Source of the DNA: Candidatus Avispirillum sp.
GTDB lineage: Bacteria > Bacillota > Clostridia > Oscillospirales > CAG-272
Assembly (NCBI GenBank): GCA_051867715.1
Contig: JBJDYY010000210.1
Span: forward strand, 1-37,169
Direction of reading: 5' to 3'
Length of the DNA stretch: 37,169 nt
Each line of letters opens with the position of its first letter. The first letter of the stretch is position 1. The notes beneath the pieces were generated by a model. It searched no databases. It worked only from the letters and a program-made list of their open reading frames with translations, and was not told the DNA's origin. The position numbers and the translations under genes were made by a program. Shown here one piece after another: positions 1-8,197 of the stretch.

Positions 1-35
1 ATTTGCCGTTTTATCCGCCGTACCCGCCGTATTCA

Positions 36-860
36 TTACTGCTCCAAAGCGTCAAGGTGCAAAAACCGCGCCGCGTTGTTATACAGAATATCTCTGCGCT
101 CCTTTTCGTCAAGGGGTATCTTCAAGAACCTTTCCATCTCCCCGGCAAGCTTTTTCACGGGAAAATCCGTTCCGAACATAACCCTGTCTGCTCCCAGAGC
201 ATGAATAATCTCTCCTGCACGCTCCGGAGTCATTGCCCACAGGGCGCTGGAGGTGTCGTACCAAATCCTGTCCCGCCCCGCAAGATATTCAAGGGCGTCG
301 TCCCACGCCATATAGCCGCCCAGATGTGCCGCCACAACCTCAAGGCGGGGAAAATCGTCCAGCACGCGGCACAGCTTTTTCGCTTCCGAAAAGCGGTACT
401 GCGCTCTGTTGTCTCCCATATGGAAAAACACGGGCAGACCTCTTTCCTGCATCACGGAGTACAGACTGTACATTCGTTTATCGTCTATGTCAACGCCCTG
501 TATGTCGGGATGTATCTTAACTCCTTTAAGCCCCAGTTTTATGCATCTGTCTATTTCTCCTTCAAAATCGGGATAATCCTGATGCATGCCCGCAAATCCC
601 ACAGTCTGAAAGCCCTGACAGCGCGACTTTTCGGAAAGGGACGCAATACAGTCGTTTACTTTCGTAACCTGATGGGCGTTGGTAGCGACGGAAAACAGAA
701 GAAAGCCGCGGACACCGTTATTTTCGGCATTTGCGGAAAGTCCGTCGTAGGTGCCGTCCCCCTCCGGAACGAAATCGTAAAACTCCCCCAGATTTTTAAC
801 TGCCTTTGCGGCGATTTTTTCGGGATAGGTGTGGGTGTGTGCATCGAAAATTTTATACAT
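36..860 (-). CDS. Amidohydrolase-family metal-dependent hydrolase (TIM-barrel, Amidohydro_2-like)
   Basis: Complete 274-aa ORF. It has an N-terminal FDAHTHTYP (HxH metal motif) and later FHMGD and FGTDFP segments typical of this family. The + strand ORF 3..884 is its antisense shadow. Confidence 0.75.
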   Translation of the reverse strand: MYKIFDAHTHTYPEKIAAKAVKNLGEFYDFVPEGDGTYDGLSANAENNGVRGFLLFSVATNAHQVTKVNDCIASLSEKSRCQGFQTVGFAGMHQDYPDFEGEIDRCIKLGLKGVKIHPDIQGVDIDDKRMYSLYSVMQERGLPVFFHMGDNRAQYRFSEAKKLCRVLDDFPRLEVVAAHLGGYMAWDDALEYLAGRDRIWYDTSSALWAMTPERAGEIIHALGADRVMFGTDFPVKKLAGEMERFLKIPLDEKERRDILYNNAARFLHLDALEQ

Positions 861-861
861 C

Positions 862-890
862 TTGATTTTTCCCTCTCGGAATGATATAAT
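862..890 (+). promoter_or_regulatory. Sigma-70-type promoter for the HIT gene
   Basis: TTGATT (862-867), a 17-nt spacer, then TGaTATAAT (extended -10, TATAAT at 885-890), about 45 nt upstream of ATG 935. Confidence 0.45.
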
Positions 891-934
891 AGCTGAACTG
901 AAACCTGCCGCATTGCGGCGAAAAGGAGTATATT

Positions 935-1273
935 ATGGACTGTCTTTTCTGTTCGATAATCAAAGGGGACATCCCCTCGACAAAAGTATTTGAAAATGAA
1001 TGGGTATACGCCTTCAAGGATATAAATCCCATGGCGCCCGTCCATGTTCTCGTGGTGCCGAAGGTTCACATTTCCGGCGCCGACGGCATAACCGCCGATA
1101 ACAGCAGCTATGTCGCGAGAATATTTGAAGCCATACCGGAGATCGCGAAAATTTCGGGGCTCAAAAACGGCTACCGCGTTATTACAAACTGCGGTCCCGA
1201 CGCCTGCCAGAGCGTTCCCCATCTTCATTTTCACATTCTGGGCGGCACACAGCTTCCCGACAGCCTTTGCTGA
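935..1273 (+). CDS. HIT-family (histidine triad) nucleotide hydrolase/transferase
   Basis: 112 aa. C-terminal HLHFHILGG is the HxHxHxx histidine triad. AGGAG lies upstream of the ATG. Confidence 0.9.
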   Translation: MDCLFCSIIKGDIPSTKVFENEWVYAFKDINPMAPVHVLVVPKVHISGADGITADNSSYVARIFEAIPEIAKISGLKNGYRVITNCGPDACQSVPHLHFHILGGTQLPDSLC

Positions 1274-1303
1274 ACAGCGTTACCAAAACGGAGCATAAAT
1301 GTT

Positions 1304-1329
1304 AAAAGACGGCGTTCGCCGTCTTTTTT
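1304..1329. terminator. Bidirectional intrinsic terminator between the convergent HIT and aspartate kinase genes
   Basis: AAAA-GACGGCG-TT-CGCCGTC-TTTTTT: a perfect 7-bp GC stem with an A-run on the left and a T-run on the right. Confidence 0.7.
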
Positions 1330-1366
1330 CCTGCGGGAAGTGCCGCGCACCGGCATTTTTCGGGAA

Positions 1367-2692
1367 TTATTTTACGAATTCGGCATATATGGCGCGAAGC
1401 GCCTTTTCAAAATCGCATTCGTTTATGCCGATGATTATGGAAATCTCGCTTGAACCCTGGTCTATCATCCTGATGTTGATGTCCGACTCCGCAATAGCCT
1501 TGAACACTCTTGCGGCGGTACCCTTTGCTCTTACCATGCCGCGTCCCACAACCGCAATAAGTGCCAGACCGTCCTCAAAGGCGATAGCCTCGGGCTCACA
1601 GCTTTCGCAAATGGAATTGATTATATCCCTGCGCTGTCTCTCTGTAATATCGTCGCTTACCACCACGCTCATGGTGTCGATTCCCGAGGGCAGATGTTCA
1701 AAAGTTGCGCCCTCTTTCTCAATAGCCTGAAGCACCTTGCGTCCGAAGCCTATTTCCGCGTTCATCTGGTCTTTTTCGATATTGAGAACGGAAAAGCCTT
1801 TTTTGCCCGCAATTCCGGTAATAACTCTGCCGGAGTCAAAGCTGTCGGCGGAGGGTACTATCATGGTGCCTGGTGCGCTCGGGTCGTTGGTGTTTCTGAT
1901 GTTTATGGGAATACCCGCGAAACGCACGGGAAAAATGGAATCCTCATGCAAAACGGTGGCTCCCATGTATGAAAGCTCGCGCAGCTCGTGATAAGTAATT
2001 GTATCAATGGTGCAGGGATTGTCGACCACACGGGGATCCGCCATAAGAAAGCCGGAAACATCCGTCCAGTTTTCGTACAGATCGGCCGCAGCCGCCCGCG
2101 CCACAATGGAGCCGGTTATATCGCTGCCGCCGCGGGAAAAGGTCTTTATGGTGCCGTTGGGCAGAGTGCCGTAGAAGCCGGGAATAACGGCGCGCTCATG
2201 TCTTGTAAGTCTGTCCGACAGAATTATCTGCGTTTTTTCCGCGTCGAAAGTGCCGTTGTCAAAAAACTTTATAACCTTGGCTGCGTCTATAAAATCGTAG
2301 CCGATAAGCTTTGAAAGGATTATACCGTTCAGGTATTCGCCGCGGCTTGCCGCGTAGTCGCTGCCCGCGTGATACTTGAAAGCGCCTTTTATGGTCTCAA
2401 ACTCACCGGACAGGTCAAGATCCAAACCCAGATCTGCTATTATGGTATTATAGCGCTCCTCAATAAGGGAAAACTCCTCGCCGAAATCGTATTCCTCCTC
2501 GGCAAGACGGTAGCAGTCGTACAGCATATCCGTGACCTTTGTGTCGGAGCTGCAGCGCTTTCCCGGTGCTGAAGGCACCACATAGCGTCTTTCGGGCTCG
2601 GCAAGAATAATATCCCTGACTTTCAGGAAATGCTCGGCGTCCGCCAGAGAGGAACCGCCGAATTTAACCACCTTTACGGTTTCATTATTCAT
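1367..2692 (-). CDS. lysC: Aspartate kinase
   Basis: 441 aa. N-terminal VVKFGGSSLADAE amino-acid-kinase motif, a central kinase fold, and C-terminal ACT-like repeats (GMVRAKGTAARVFKAIAESDINIRMIDQGSSEISI). Confidence 0.85.
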   Translation of the reverse strand: MNNETVKVVKFGGSSLADAEHFLKVRDIILAEPERRYVVPSAPGKRCSSDTKVTDMLYDCYRLAEEEYDFGEEFSLIEERYNTIIADLGLDLDLSGEFETIKGAFKYHAGSDYAASRGEYLNGIILSKLIGYDFIDAAKVIKFFDNGTFDAEKTQIILSDRLTRHERAVIPGFYGTLPNGTIKTFSRGGSDITGSIVARAAAADLYENWTDVSGFLMADPRVVDNPCTIDTITYHELRELSYMGATVLHEDSIFPVRFAGIPINIRNTNDPSAPGTMIVPSADSFDSGRVITGIAGKKGFSVLNIEKDQMNAEIGFGRKVLQAIEKEGATFEHLPSGIDTMSVVVSDDITERQRRDIINSICESCEPEAIAFEDGLALIAVVGRGMVRAKGTAARVFKAIAESDINIRMIDQGSSEISIIIGINECDFEKALRAIYAEFVK

Positions 2693-2755
2693 AAAAATGC
2701 TCCAGTCTGCCGCACCGCGGCAGTAAAATGCTGAAAAAGTTTATACAATTATATT

Positions 2756-2783
2756 ATTATATGTTTTTTTCTCTTTTTGTCAA
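2756..2783 (-). promoter_or_regulatory. Sigma-70-type promoter for aspartate kinase
   Basis: On the - strand: TTGACA (2783-2778), a 16-nt spacer, TATAAT (2761-2756). This leaves a ~55-nt leader containing the hairpin CTGCCGC-GGT-GCGGCAG. Confidence 0.5.
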
Positions 2784-2916
2784 CAGATTGTAAGCAGAAA
2801 TCGCAAAAAACGCCTGCAAATCCCCTGTTTTCGGCGCAGTCGGGTATTCAAAACACGTCCGTCACCGCCGGAAAGCCGCGCCGAGTGTTTTCAGCCTGTC
2901 CCCTTTCTGCCCCATT

Positions 2917-3495
2917 TTACTGCTCCACAAAAAACGTAGCTTCCATATCGGCGCAGGAAAGCGCATAAGCAAGGGGAAACATCTGAAATGCAGCAGACAC
3001 ATCACGGGCGTCGGCATTGTCGGAATACCCCATGTGATAGCGGATGGCAAAAGCCTCCTCGCGGCTGAGACGCATAAAGCCGGTTATAATATACACGGAT
3101 TTTTCCCCGTGACCGTAGGGCAGCTTATCGTCTATGTCAAAATAGGGCACCTTCTGCCATACACCGTTTTCATCCTTTACATTTCTTGTGCTCTCGCGGT
3201 AAAAGTTTATCTTGCACAGATCGTGCAGCAGTGCAATAACCGCCACGGTCTCGTCTGACGGATCTATGCCGTATTTTTCGCGGACGCTTTCGCGGGTGAG
3301 AAAATCTCTGAGGCAGTCGTAAACATTAAGACTGTGATTTACAAGCCCGCCCCTACAATTATTGTGGTATCTGGTGCTGGCGGGAGCCGTGAAAAAATCG
3401 CTCTGCGGACCGCAGATATAGTCCAGCAGCGCCTCCGCGCCCTCTCTTTTGATGTTGTTTTTGAAAATTTCGATAAAGCGTTCTCTGTCTGTCAT
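2917..3495 (-). CDS. HD-domain metal-dependent phosphohydrolase (YhaM-type HD domain without OB fold)
   Basis: 192 aa. H...HD signature (NHSLNV ... ALLHDLCK) and a later HMG motif. It starts 10 nt after the upstream gene stop, so the two are probably co-transcribed. Confidence 0.7.
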   Translation of the reverse strand: MTDRERFIEIFKNNIKREGAEALLDYICGPQSDFFTAPASTRYHNNCRGGLVNHSLNVYDCLRDFLTRESVREKYGIDPSDETVAVIALLHDLCKINFYRESTRNVKDENGVWQKVPYFDIDDKLPYGHGEKSVYIITGFMRLSREEAFAIRYHMGYSDNADARDVSAAFQMFPLAYALSCADMEATFFVEQ

Positions 3496-3505
3496 ACCGC
3501 ACTCC

Positions 3506-4744
3506 CTAATTATTTAAGCTGATTATTTCCTGTATATATCCGGCGTCATCGGAGCCTGTAAAGGCTTCCGACAAACGCTCTGCATCAATAGCCCTGATTT
3601 CGGCGCCGCTATGGTGCGCGGCGCGTATAATACGGGCGCACAAGGCTATCTCGCTGTCGCCCGCTCCGGCTCCGTACGCTGTCTTGTAAAAAGACGAGGA
3701 ACAAACCGTCACACTGTCGCCGTCTGTCATAAACGCCTTAACTGTGAGCCTCTTTTCGGACAGCGCGGACATCTCAACCTGAAGATACTCCGCGTCGCTC
3801 CAGCCATAGCTCTTTCCGCCGCCCGCGCCGGAAACGGTTACACCGCCGTCTCCTACGGCAGTATACACTCCCGACATCAGCGCCGCCAGGCAAAGAGCGG
3901 CGGCAATAAGGACTGCGGCGGCGCCCTTTTTTATAAGCCGTGCCCGGGGAGAAGCCAAGAAGCCGTCGCAGCGCGCAGCATCGCCGTCCTCGCCGTCTCC
4001 GTTATCCTCATTTTCTTCGTCCTCGCCGAAGGCGTCATAGCAGGTCTCCCCGTCTCCGTCCTCCTCCGTAAAGCCGTAGCCCTCCGGCAGAGTATCGGGA
4101 ATATTCTCATACAGCTCGCGTATAACAGAGTCATCCTGCTTTTCGGACTCTCCGAGGAAATCCTCCCATGCGCGCTGAACATCGTCCACGCCTTTACCGT
4201 CTTCCCCGTCTTTACCGTCTTTACCGTCTTCCCCGTCCTCAGGGTCGCCGCACGGCATATCGGCAGACACCTTCTGAGCCGATATGGCGCAGGCTATGTC
4301 GGGTCTTTTTGCTTTAGGTGTTTCCCCTTCCGGTTTCTTTATATACAGCTCTCCGTATTCTGTTTCTACCGGGTCTTTGTCAGCCGTATAGTCCTCCTGC
4401 GCCCCGCCGAAATAATCTTCTTTTTCATCATACTCATCATACATAACACCGTCCGTCCCGGTCTGCGCACCGCCCGCGTCATTCGAAATACCCACGTCAC
4501 CGTCGGGTTCTTCTTCCCAATCATTTTCCGCCCTGTATGACGGCCTTGTGAGATAATATGCCGAAACGGCGGAAACAGCGCACAGCGCAACCAGCGCCGC
4601 CGTCCCCCAGAAGCCGGAGCCGTGATACAGCAGAGTGCCCTCGGGCAGACGGATATATGTAAGAACATATCTCAGTACGGCGGGCAAAACGGCCGCCGCA
4701 ACGCAGCAGACCGCACACAGCCGTTTTTTTGCCTTTTCTCTCAT
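3506..4744 (-). CDS. Hypothetical membrane protein with a long acidic low-complexity linker
   Basis: 412 aa. Two N-terminal hydrophobic helices, a ~200-aa D/E/G-rich region including DGEDGKDGKDGEDGKG, a third TM helix (AAAVLIAAALCLAALMSGVY) and a ~120-aa C-terminal domain. I recognised no family. Confidence 0.55.
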   Translation of the reverse strand: MREKAKKRLCAVCCVAAAVLPAVLRYVLTYIRLPEGTLLYHGSGFWGTAALVALCAVSAVSAYYLTRPSYRAENDWEEEPDGDVGISNDAGGAQTGTDGVMYDEYDEKEDYFGGAQEDYTADKDPVETEYGELYIKKPEGETPKAKRPDIACAISAQKVSADMPCGDPEDGEDGKDGKDGEDGKGVDDVQRAWEDFLGESEKQDDSVIRELYENIPDTLPEGYGFTEEDGDGETCYDAFGEDEENEDNGDGEDGDAARCDGFLASPRARLIKKGAAAVLIAAALCLAALMSGVYTAVGDGGVTVSGAGGGKSYGWSDAEYLQVEMSALSEKRLTVKAFMTDGDSVTVCSSSFYKTAYGAGAGDSEIALCARIIRAAHHSGAEIRAIDAERLSEAFTGSDDAGYIQEIISLNN

Positions 4745-4926
4745 TACAGCACCTGCCCTCGGACTCTGCCGCCGGAAATACGGCGTTTCGGTATGACGAA
4801 AAGCCGTTTTTTACAGTATACCATTTTTTACTCAAAAAAGCAACGCGGCAAGTATTTTTTGCGCCGTTTTACGGTATACATATTGTACAAAAAAATCGTC
4901 ACATACGGCGGTTTTGAAAAAAACTA

Positions 4927-4955
4927 TTTACAAATCGTATATTTTAGAGTAAAAT
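4927..4955 (+). promoter_or_regulatory. Sigma-70-type promoter for pyrH
   Basis: TTTACA (4927-4932), a 17-nt spacer, TAAAAT (4950-4955). Confidence 0.45.
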
Positions 4956-5018
4956 ATATGCAGTATGATTACAGCATGACCGTACCGTCGGTACGGTCGC
5001 AGAAATTCGGAGAAATAT

Positions 5019-5723
5019 ATGGACATATCTTTTAAGCGTGTTCTTCTGAAGCTGTCCGGCGAGGCTCTTTCCGCAAAGGACGGAGTTATCGACTACGAAT
5101 ACATTCAGAAGATCGGCTCCGTCGTCCGCAAATGCGTAAAGGACGGCGTGCAGGTGGCAATCGTGGTGGGAGCAGGCAACATATGGCGGGGCCGTCAGGG
5201 TCTTTCCATGGACAGGGTACGCGCCGACCATATGGGAATGCTGGCAACCGTCGTCAACGCTCTTGCAATTCAGGACGCTTTCATATCCGTGGGACTTGAC
5301 ACCGTGGTTATGAGCGCGGTGGAAATGAATGCCTTCTGCAATCAGTATACGCAGCGCGACGCAGTTCGCGCCCTTGAAAGCGGTAAGGTAGTCGTATTCG
5401 GAGCGGGAACGGGCAATCCCTTCTTCTCCACCGACACGGGAGCCGTGCTGAGAGCGGCGGAAATCGGCGCCGATGTTATTCTCATGGCAAAGAATATAGA
5501 CGGCGTTTATACCGATGACCCGAGAAAAAATCCCGACGCAAAGAAGCTTTCCGACGTCACCTACGACTATATCCTGTCCAATCATCTGGGCGTTATAGAC
5601 ATGACGGCGGCAAGCCTTGCAATGGACAATTCCATTCCCCTTTACCTGTTCGGACTTGACGACCCCGAAAATATCTACCGGGTCGCAAAGGGCGAGCACA
5701 TCGGCACAATCGTAAGAAAATAA
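5019..5723 (+). CDS. pyrH: UMP kinase
   Basis: 234 aa. Motifs KRVLLKLSGEAL, VVGAGNIWRG and GAGTGNPFFSTDT. GGAG lies 6 nt upstream of the ATG. Confidence 0.95.
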   Translation: MDISFKRVLLKLSGEALSAKDGVIDYEYIQKIGSVVRKCVKDGVQVAIVVGAGNIWRGRQGLSMDRVRADHMGMLATVVNALAIQDAFISVGLDTVVMSAVEMNAFCNQYTQRDAVRALESGKVVVFGAGTGNPFFSTDTGAVLRAAEIGADVILMAKNIDGVYTDDPRKNPDAKKLSDVTYDYILSNHLGVIDMTAASLAMDNSIPLYLFGLDDPENIYRVAKGEHIGTIVRK

Positions 5724-5753
5724 TATCCACATAACATTTCCGGAGGTCACATT

Positions 5754-6308
5754 ATGAAGCTTGACACTAAACCCTTTGAAGAAAAAATGAAGAAGAGCAT
5801 ATCCGTTTATCAGGCGGAGCTTGAGACTATCCGTGCAGGCAGAGCAAACGCCGCCGTGCTCAACGGAATAAATGTTGAGTATTACGGCACTCCCACCGCC
5901 ATCAACCAGATGGCAGAGGTAAAGGTCACCGACGCCCGCACCCTGACAATCTCCCCCTGGGATATGACCACGGTTAAGTCTATCGAGAAGGCAATACTTG
6001 CCTCCGATCTGGGCATCACCCCTCAGAATGACGGCAAGGTCATCCGTCTGATGTTCCCCCAGCCTACGGAGGAGCGCCGCCGCGAAATGACAAAGCAGGT
6101 CTCCAAAATGGGCGAAGAAGTGAAGGTCGCCGTCAGAAATATCCGCCGCGAGGCTGTTGACGCTGCAAAAGCGGCAAAGAAGGACGGCGAAATGACCGAA
6201 GATGAGCAGAAGCAGAGCGAGAAGCTCATTCAGGAGCTTACCGATAAATATATCAAGGAAATCGATAAGGTGACTGATGCAAAGAGCGCCGAGATCATGC
6301 AGTTCTGA
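5754..6308 (+). CDS. frr: Ribosome recycling factor
   Basis: 184 aa with the characteristic length and motifs (IRAGRANAAVL, ISPWD, PQPTEERRRE). It lies directly after pyrH, as in most bacteria. Confidence 0.95.
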   Translation: MKLDTKPFEEKMKKSISVYQAELETIRAGRANAAVLNGINVEYYGTPTAINQMAEVKVTDARTLTISPWDMTTVKSIEKAILASDLGITPQNDGKVIRLMFPQPTEERRREMTKQVSKMGEEVKVAVRNIRREAVDAAKAAKKDGEMTEDEQKQSEKLIQELTDKYIKEIDKVTDAKSAEIMQF

Positions 6309-6338
6309 TCATAAAGAGCGTTTTTCGTGATGCGCCTT

Positions 6339-6358
6339 GGCGCAGGTACGCCTGCGCC
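6339..6358 (+). other. Intergenic GC hairpin between frr and uppS
   Basis: GGCGCAGG-TACG-CCTGCGCC (8 bp). It overlaps an alternative hairpin TGCGCC-TT-GGCGCA (6331-6344). Only a weak U-tract follows. Confidence 0.4.
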
Positions 6359-6428
6359 GGGGCGTTTCGTACTGTTTTGCACCGGGCACCGACTCCCTTG
6401 CAAATTAGGTTTTATAACGGAGCAAGTT

Positions 6429-7169
6429 ATGATTTTTAAGAAAAAGCCTGCCGCGCTGAAAAGCACGGAGGAAATGAAGCAGCTCGTCTCCGACTGCAAT
6501 CTCAGACATATTGCTTTTATTATGGACGGCAACGGCAGATGGGCTACCCGCCGCGGACTTCCCCGTGAAACGGGGCACAGCGTAGGGGCGCGTGTCTTCA
6601 AAAAAACCGTTACCACCTGCCGCGACTGGGGCATCCCTACGGTTACGGCATACGCTTTTTCCACGGAAAACTGGAAGCGTCCCGAAAAAGAAGTAAACGA
6701 GATCATGCGGCTTCTTGACTCTTACATCAAGGAAGCAAGAGAGGACAACGAGAAAAACCGTATAAGATATATTTTTCTCGGCGACAAAAGCAGGCTGGGC
6801 GACGATCTGCGGCAGAAATGCGAGTATCTCGAAGAGCTTACGAAAGACAACCGCTTAACCCTTAATATCGCCCTTAACTACGGCGGCAGAGACGAAATTG
6901 TCCACGCCGTGAACACGCTGATTTCAAAGGGTGCCGATCATGTCACGGAGGACGATATATCCCGCTGTCTCTATACCTCGGCGTCCCCCGACCCCGACCT
7001 TATTGTGCGCCCCAGCGGCGAATACAGACTGTCCAATTTTCTGCTGTGGCAGTCGGCATACAGCGAGCTGTACTTTACGGACTGCCTGTGGCCTGACTTT
7101 GACGAAGCTCAGCTTCAGCTTGCCGTCATCGACTTTTCAAATCGCAGCCGCCGCTTCGGAGGCGTCTGA
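6429..7169 (+). CDS. uppS: Undecaprenyl (isoprenyl) diphosphate synthase
   Basis: Motifs HIAFIMDGNGRWA, FSTENWKRP and RPSGEYRLSNFLLWQSAYSELYF. I moved the start from the track ORF (6327) to ATG 6429, which has GGAG 6 nt upstream, giving 246 aa. Confidence 0.92.
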   Translation: MIFKKKPAALKSTEEMKQLVSDCNLRHIAFIMDGNGRWATRRGLPRETGHSVGARVFKKTVTTCRDWGIPTVTAYAFSTENWKRPEKEVNEIMRLLDSYIKEAREDNEKNRIRYIFLGDKSRLGDDLRQKCEYLEELTKDNRLTLNIALNYGGRDEIVHAVNTLISKGADHVTEDDISRCLYTSASPDPDLIVRPSGEYRLSNFLLWQSAYSELYFTDCLWPDFDEAQLQLAVIDFSNRSRRFGGV

Positions 7170-7195
7170 CTCAGTATTGCGGATGTGAAAAATGC

Positions 7196-7224
7196 TGCGG
7201 AAAACCGTCATTTTGTTTTCCGCA
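7196..7224 (+). other. Intergenic hairpin between uppS and cdsA
   Basis: TGCGGAAAAC-(9 nt)-GTTTTCCGCA, a perfect 10-bp stem with no downstream U-tract on the + strand. Confidence 0.4.
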
Positions 7225-7273
7225 CAAATATGAAGTTTCACTTTCGCGGCATTTGCCGAAATTTGTTTGAACT

Positions 7274-8110
7274 ATGCTGAAAAGATCAATAACCGCGGTT
7301 ATCGGTATTTCGCTTTTAGCGGTTGTGTGTTATTTTTCCGACACTTTGGCATTCCCCATAGTGTTCGGACTTTGCGCAATCGTAGGCGTATACGAAATGC
7401 TGGGCTGCGTGGGTATGAGGCGTAATTTCATCGTCTCTCTCAGCCTTTATGTTATGACGGTAATCGTAGCGGTGCTGTCACAGACCATAAAACCCCTGTC
7501 GTATTTTATGTCTGCCTATGCCTCTTCCCTGTTCCTGGTACTGACCATACTGTTTGCGGTGTCCGTACTTTCCGAGGGCAAGGTTCCGATCGATAAGACC
7601 TGCGTGGCATTCACCACCTGTTCTTATGTAATTACCGGCTTTATTTCCGTCATAGCTCTGAGGAACGCGCCCCACGGCATATATCTGTACCTGCTTCCCT
7701 TTATCGTGCCGTGGTTTTCCGATACCTTCGCATATCTTTGCGGACGCCTGTTCGGCCGACACAAGCTTATTCCCTCCGTCAGCCCCAACAAAACGATCGA
7801 GGGCAGCATAGGCGGAATAGTTTTCGGCATCGGCGGATGTATGGGCTACGGGCTTCTTCTTTCTAAATTCACAAACTCCCCTCTGCACATATGGGTGTTT
7901 GCCGTTCTCGGATTTTTCATTTCCGTTGCGTCCCAGATAGGCGACCTTATATTCTCGCTTATCAAGCGCCGCTACGGAATAAAAGACTACGGCTTTATAT
8001 TCCCCGGTCACGGCGGACTTCTGGACCGTTTTGACAGCGTTATCGCCACCGCTCCCCTTATTCTCATAGTCTATGAAATGATTCTGAAACTGGGCGGAGT
8101 TGCTGCCTGA
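7274..8110 (+). CDS. cdsA: Phosphatidate cytidylyltransferase (CDP-diglyceride synthase)
   Basis: 278-aa polytopic membrane protein. C-terminal signature SLIKRRYGIKDYGFIFPGHGGLLDRFDS. Confidence 0.9.
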   Translation: MLKRSITAVIGISLLAVVCYFSDTLAFPIVFGLCAIVGVYEMLGCVGMRRNFIVSLSLYVMTVIVAVLSQTIKPLSYFMSAYASSLFLVLTILFAVSVLSEGKVPIDKTCVAFTTCSYVITGFISVIALRNAPHGIYLYLLPFIVPWFSDTFAYLCGRLFGRHKLIPSVSPNKTIEGSIGGIVFGIGGCMGYGLLLSKFTNSPLHIWVFAVLGFFISVASQIGDLIFSLIKRRYGIKDYGFIFPGHGGLLDRFDSVIATAPLILIVYEMILKLGGVAA

Positions 8111-8121
8111 AAAAGCTCTTT

Positions 8122-8146
8122 GCTGCTCCGCTTTCGGCGGAGCAGC
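8122..8146 (+). other. Intergenic GC hairpin between cdsA and dxr
   Basis: GCTGCTCCGC-TTTCG-GCGGAGCAGC (10 bp), followed by GCTGTTTC, which is only a partial U-tract. Confidence 0.4.
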
Positions 8147-8197
8147 GCTGTTTCACAGCAAATAAGACAAGCGGCACTGAGCCGGGAAAGATTATAT

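Noticed and set aside
3-884. 293-aa + strand ORF overlapping the amidohydrolase gene
   Set aside because: It is antisense to a gene with clear family motifs. Its peptide is P/R/G-rich low complexity with no SD and runs off the window start. This is a typical shadow ORF in GC-rich coding DNA.
2693-2916. Possible lysine riboswitch (L-box) upstream of aspartate kinase
   Set aside because: The best promoter leaves only a ~55-nt leader with a single 7-bp hairpin, far too short for the ~180-nt five-helix L-box. The rest of the spacer is upstream of that promoter.
4803-4881. Two imperfect direct repeats, GCCGTTTTTTACAGTATACCAT and GCCGTTTTACGGTATACAT, in the divergent intergenic region
   Set aside because: They are real in the sequence but short and imperfect. 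I could not position them sensibly relative to either promoter, so they are noted without interpretation.
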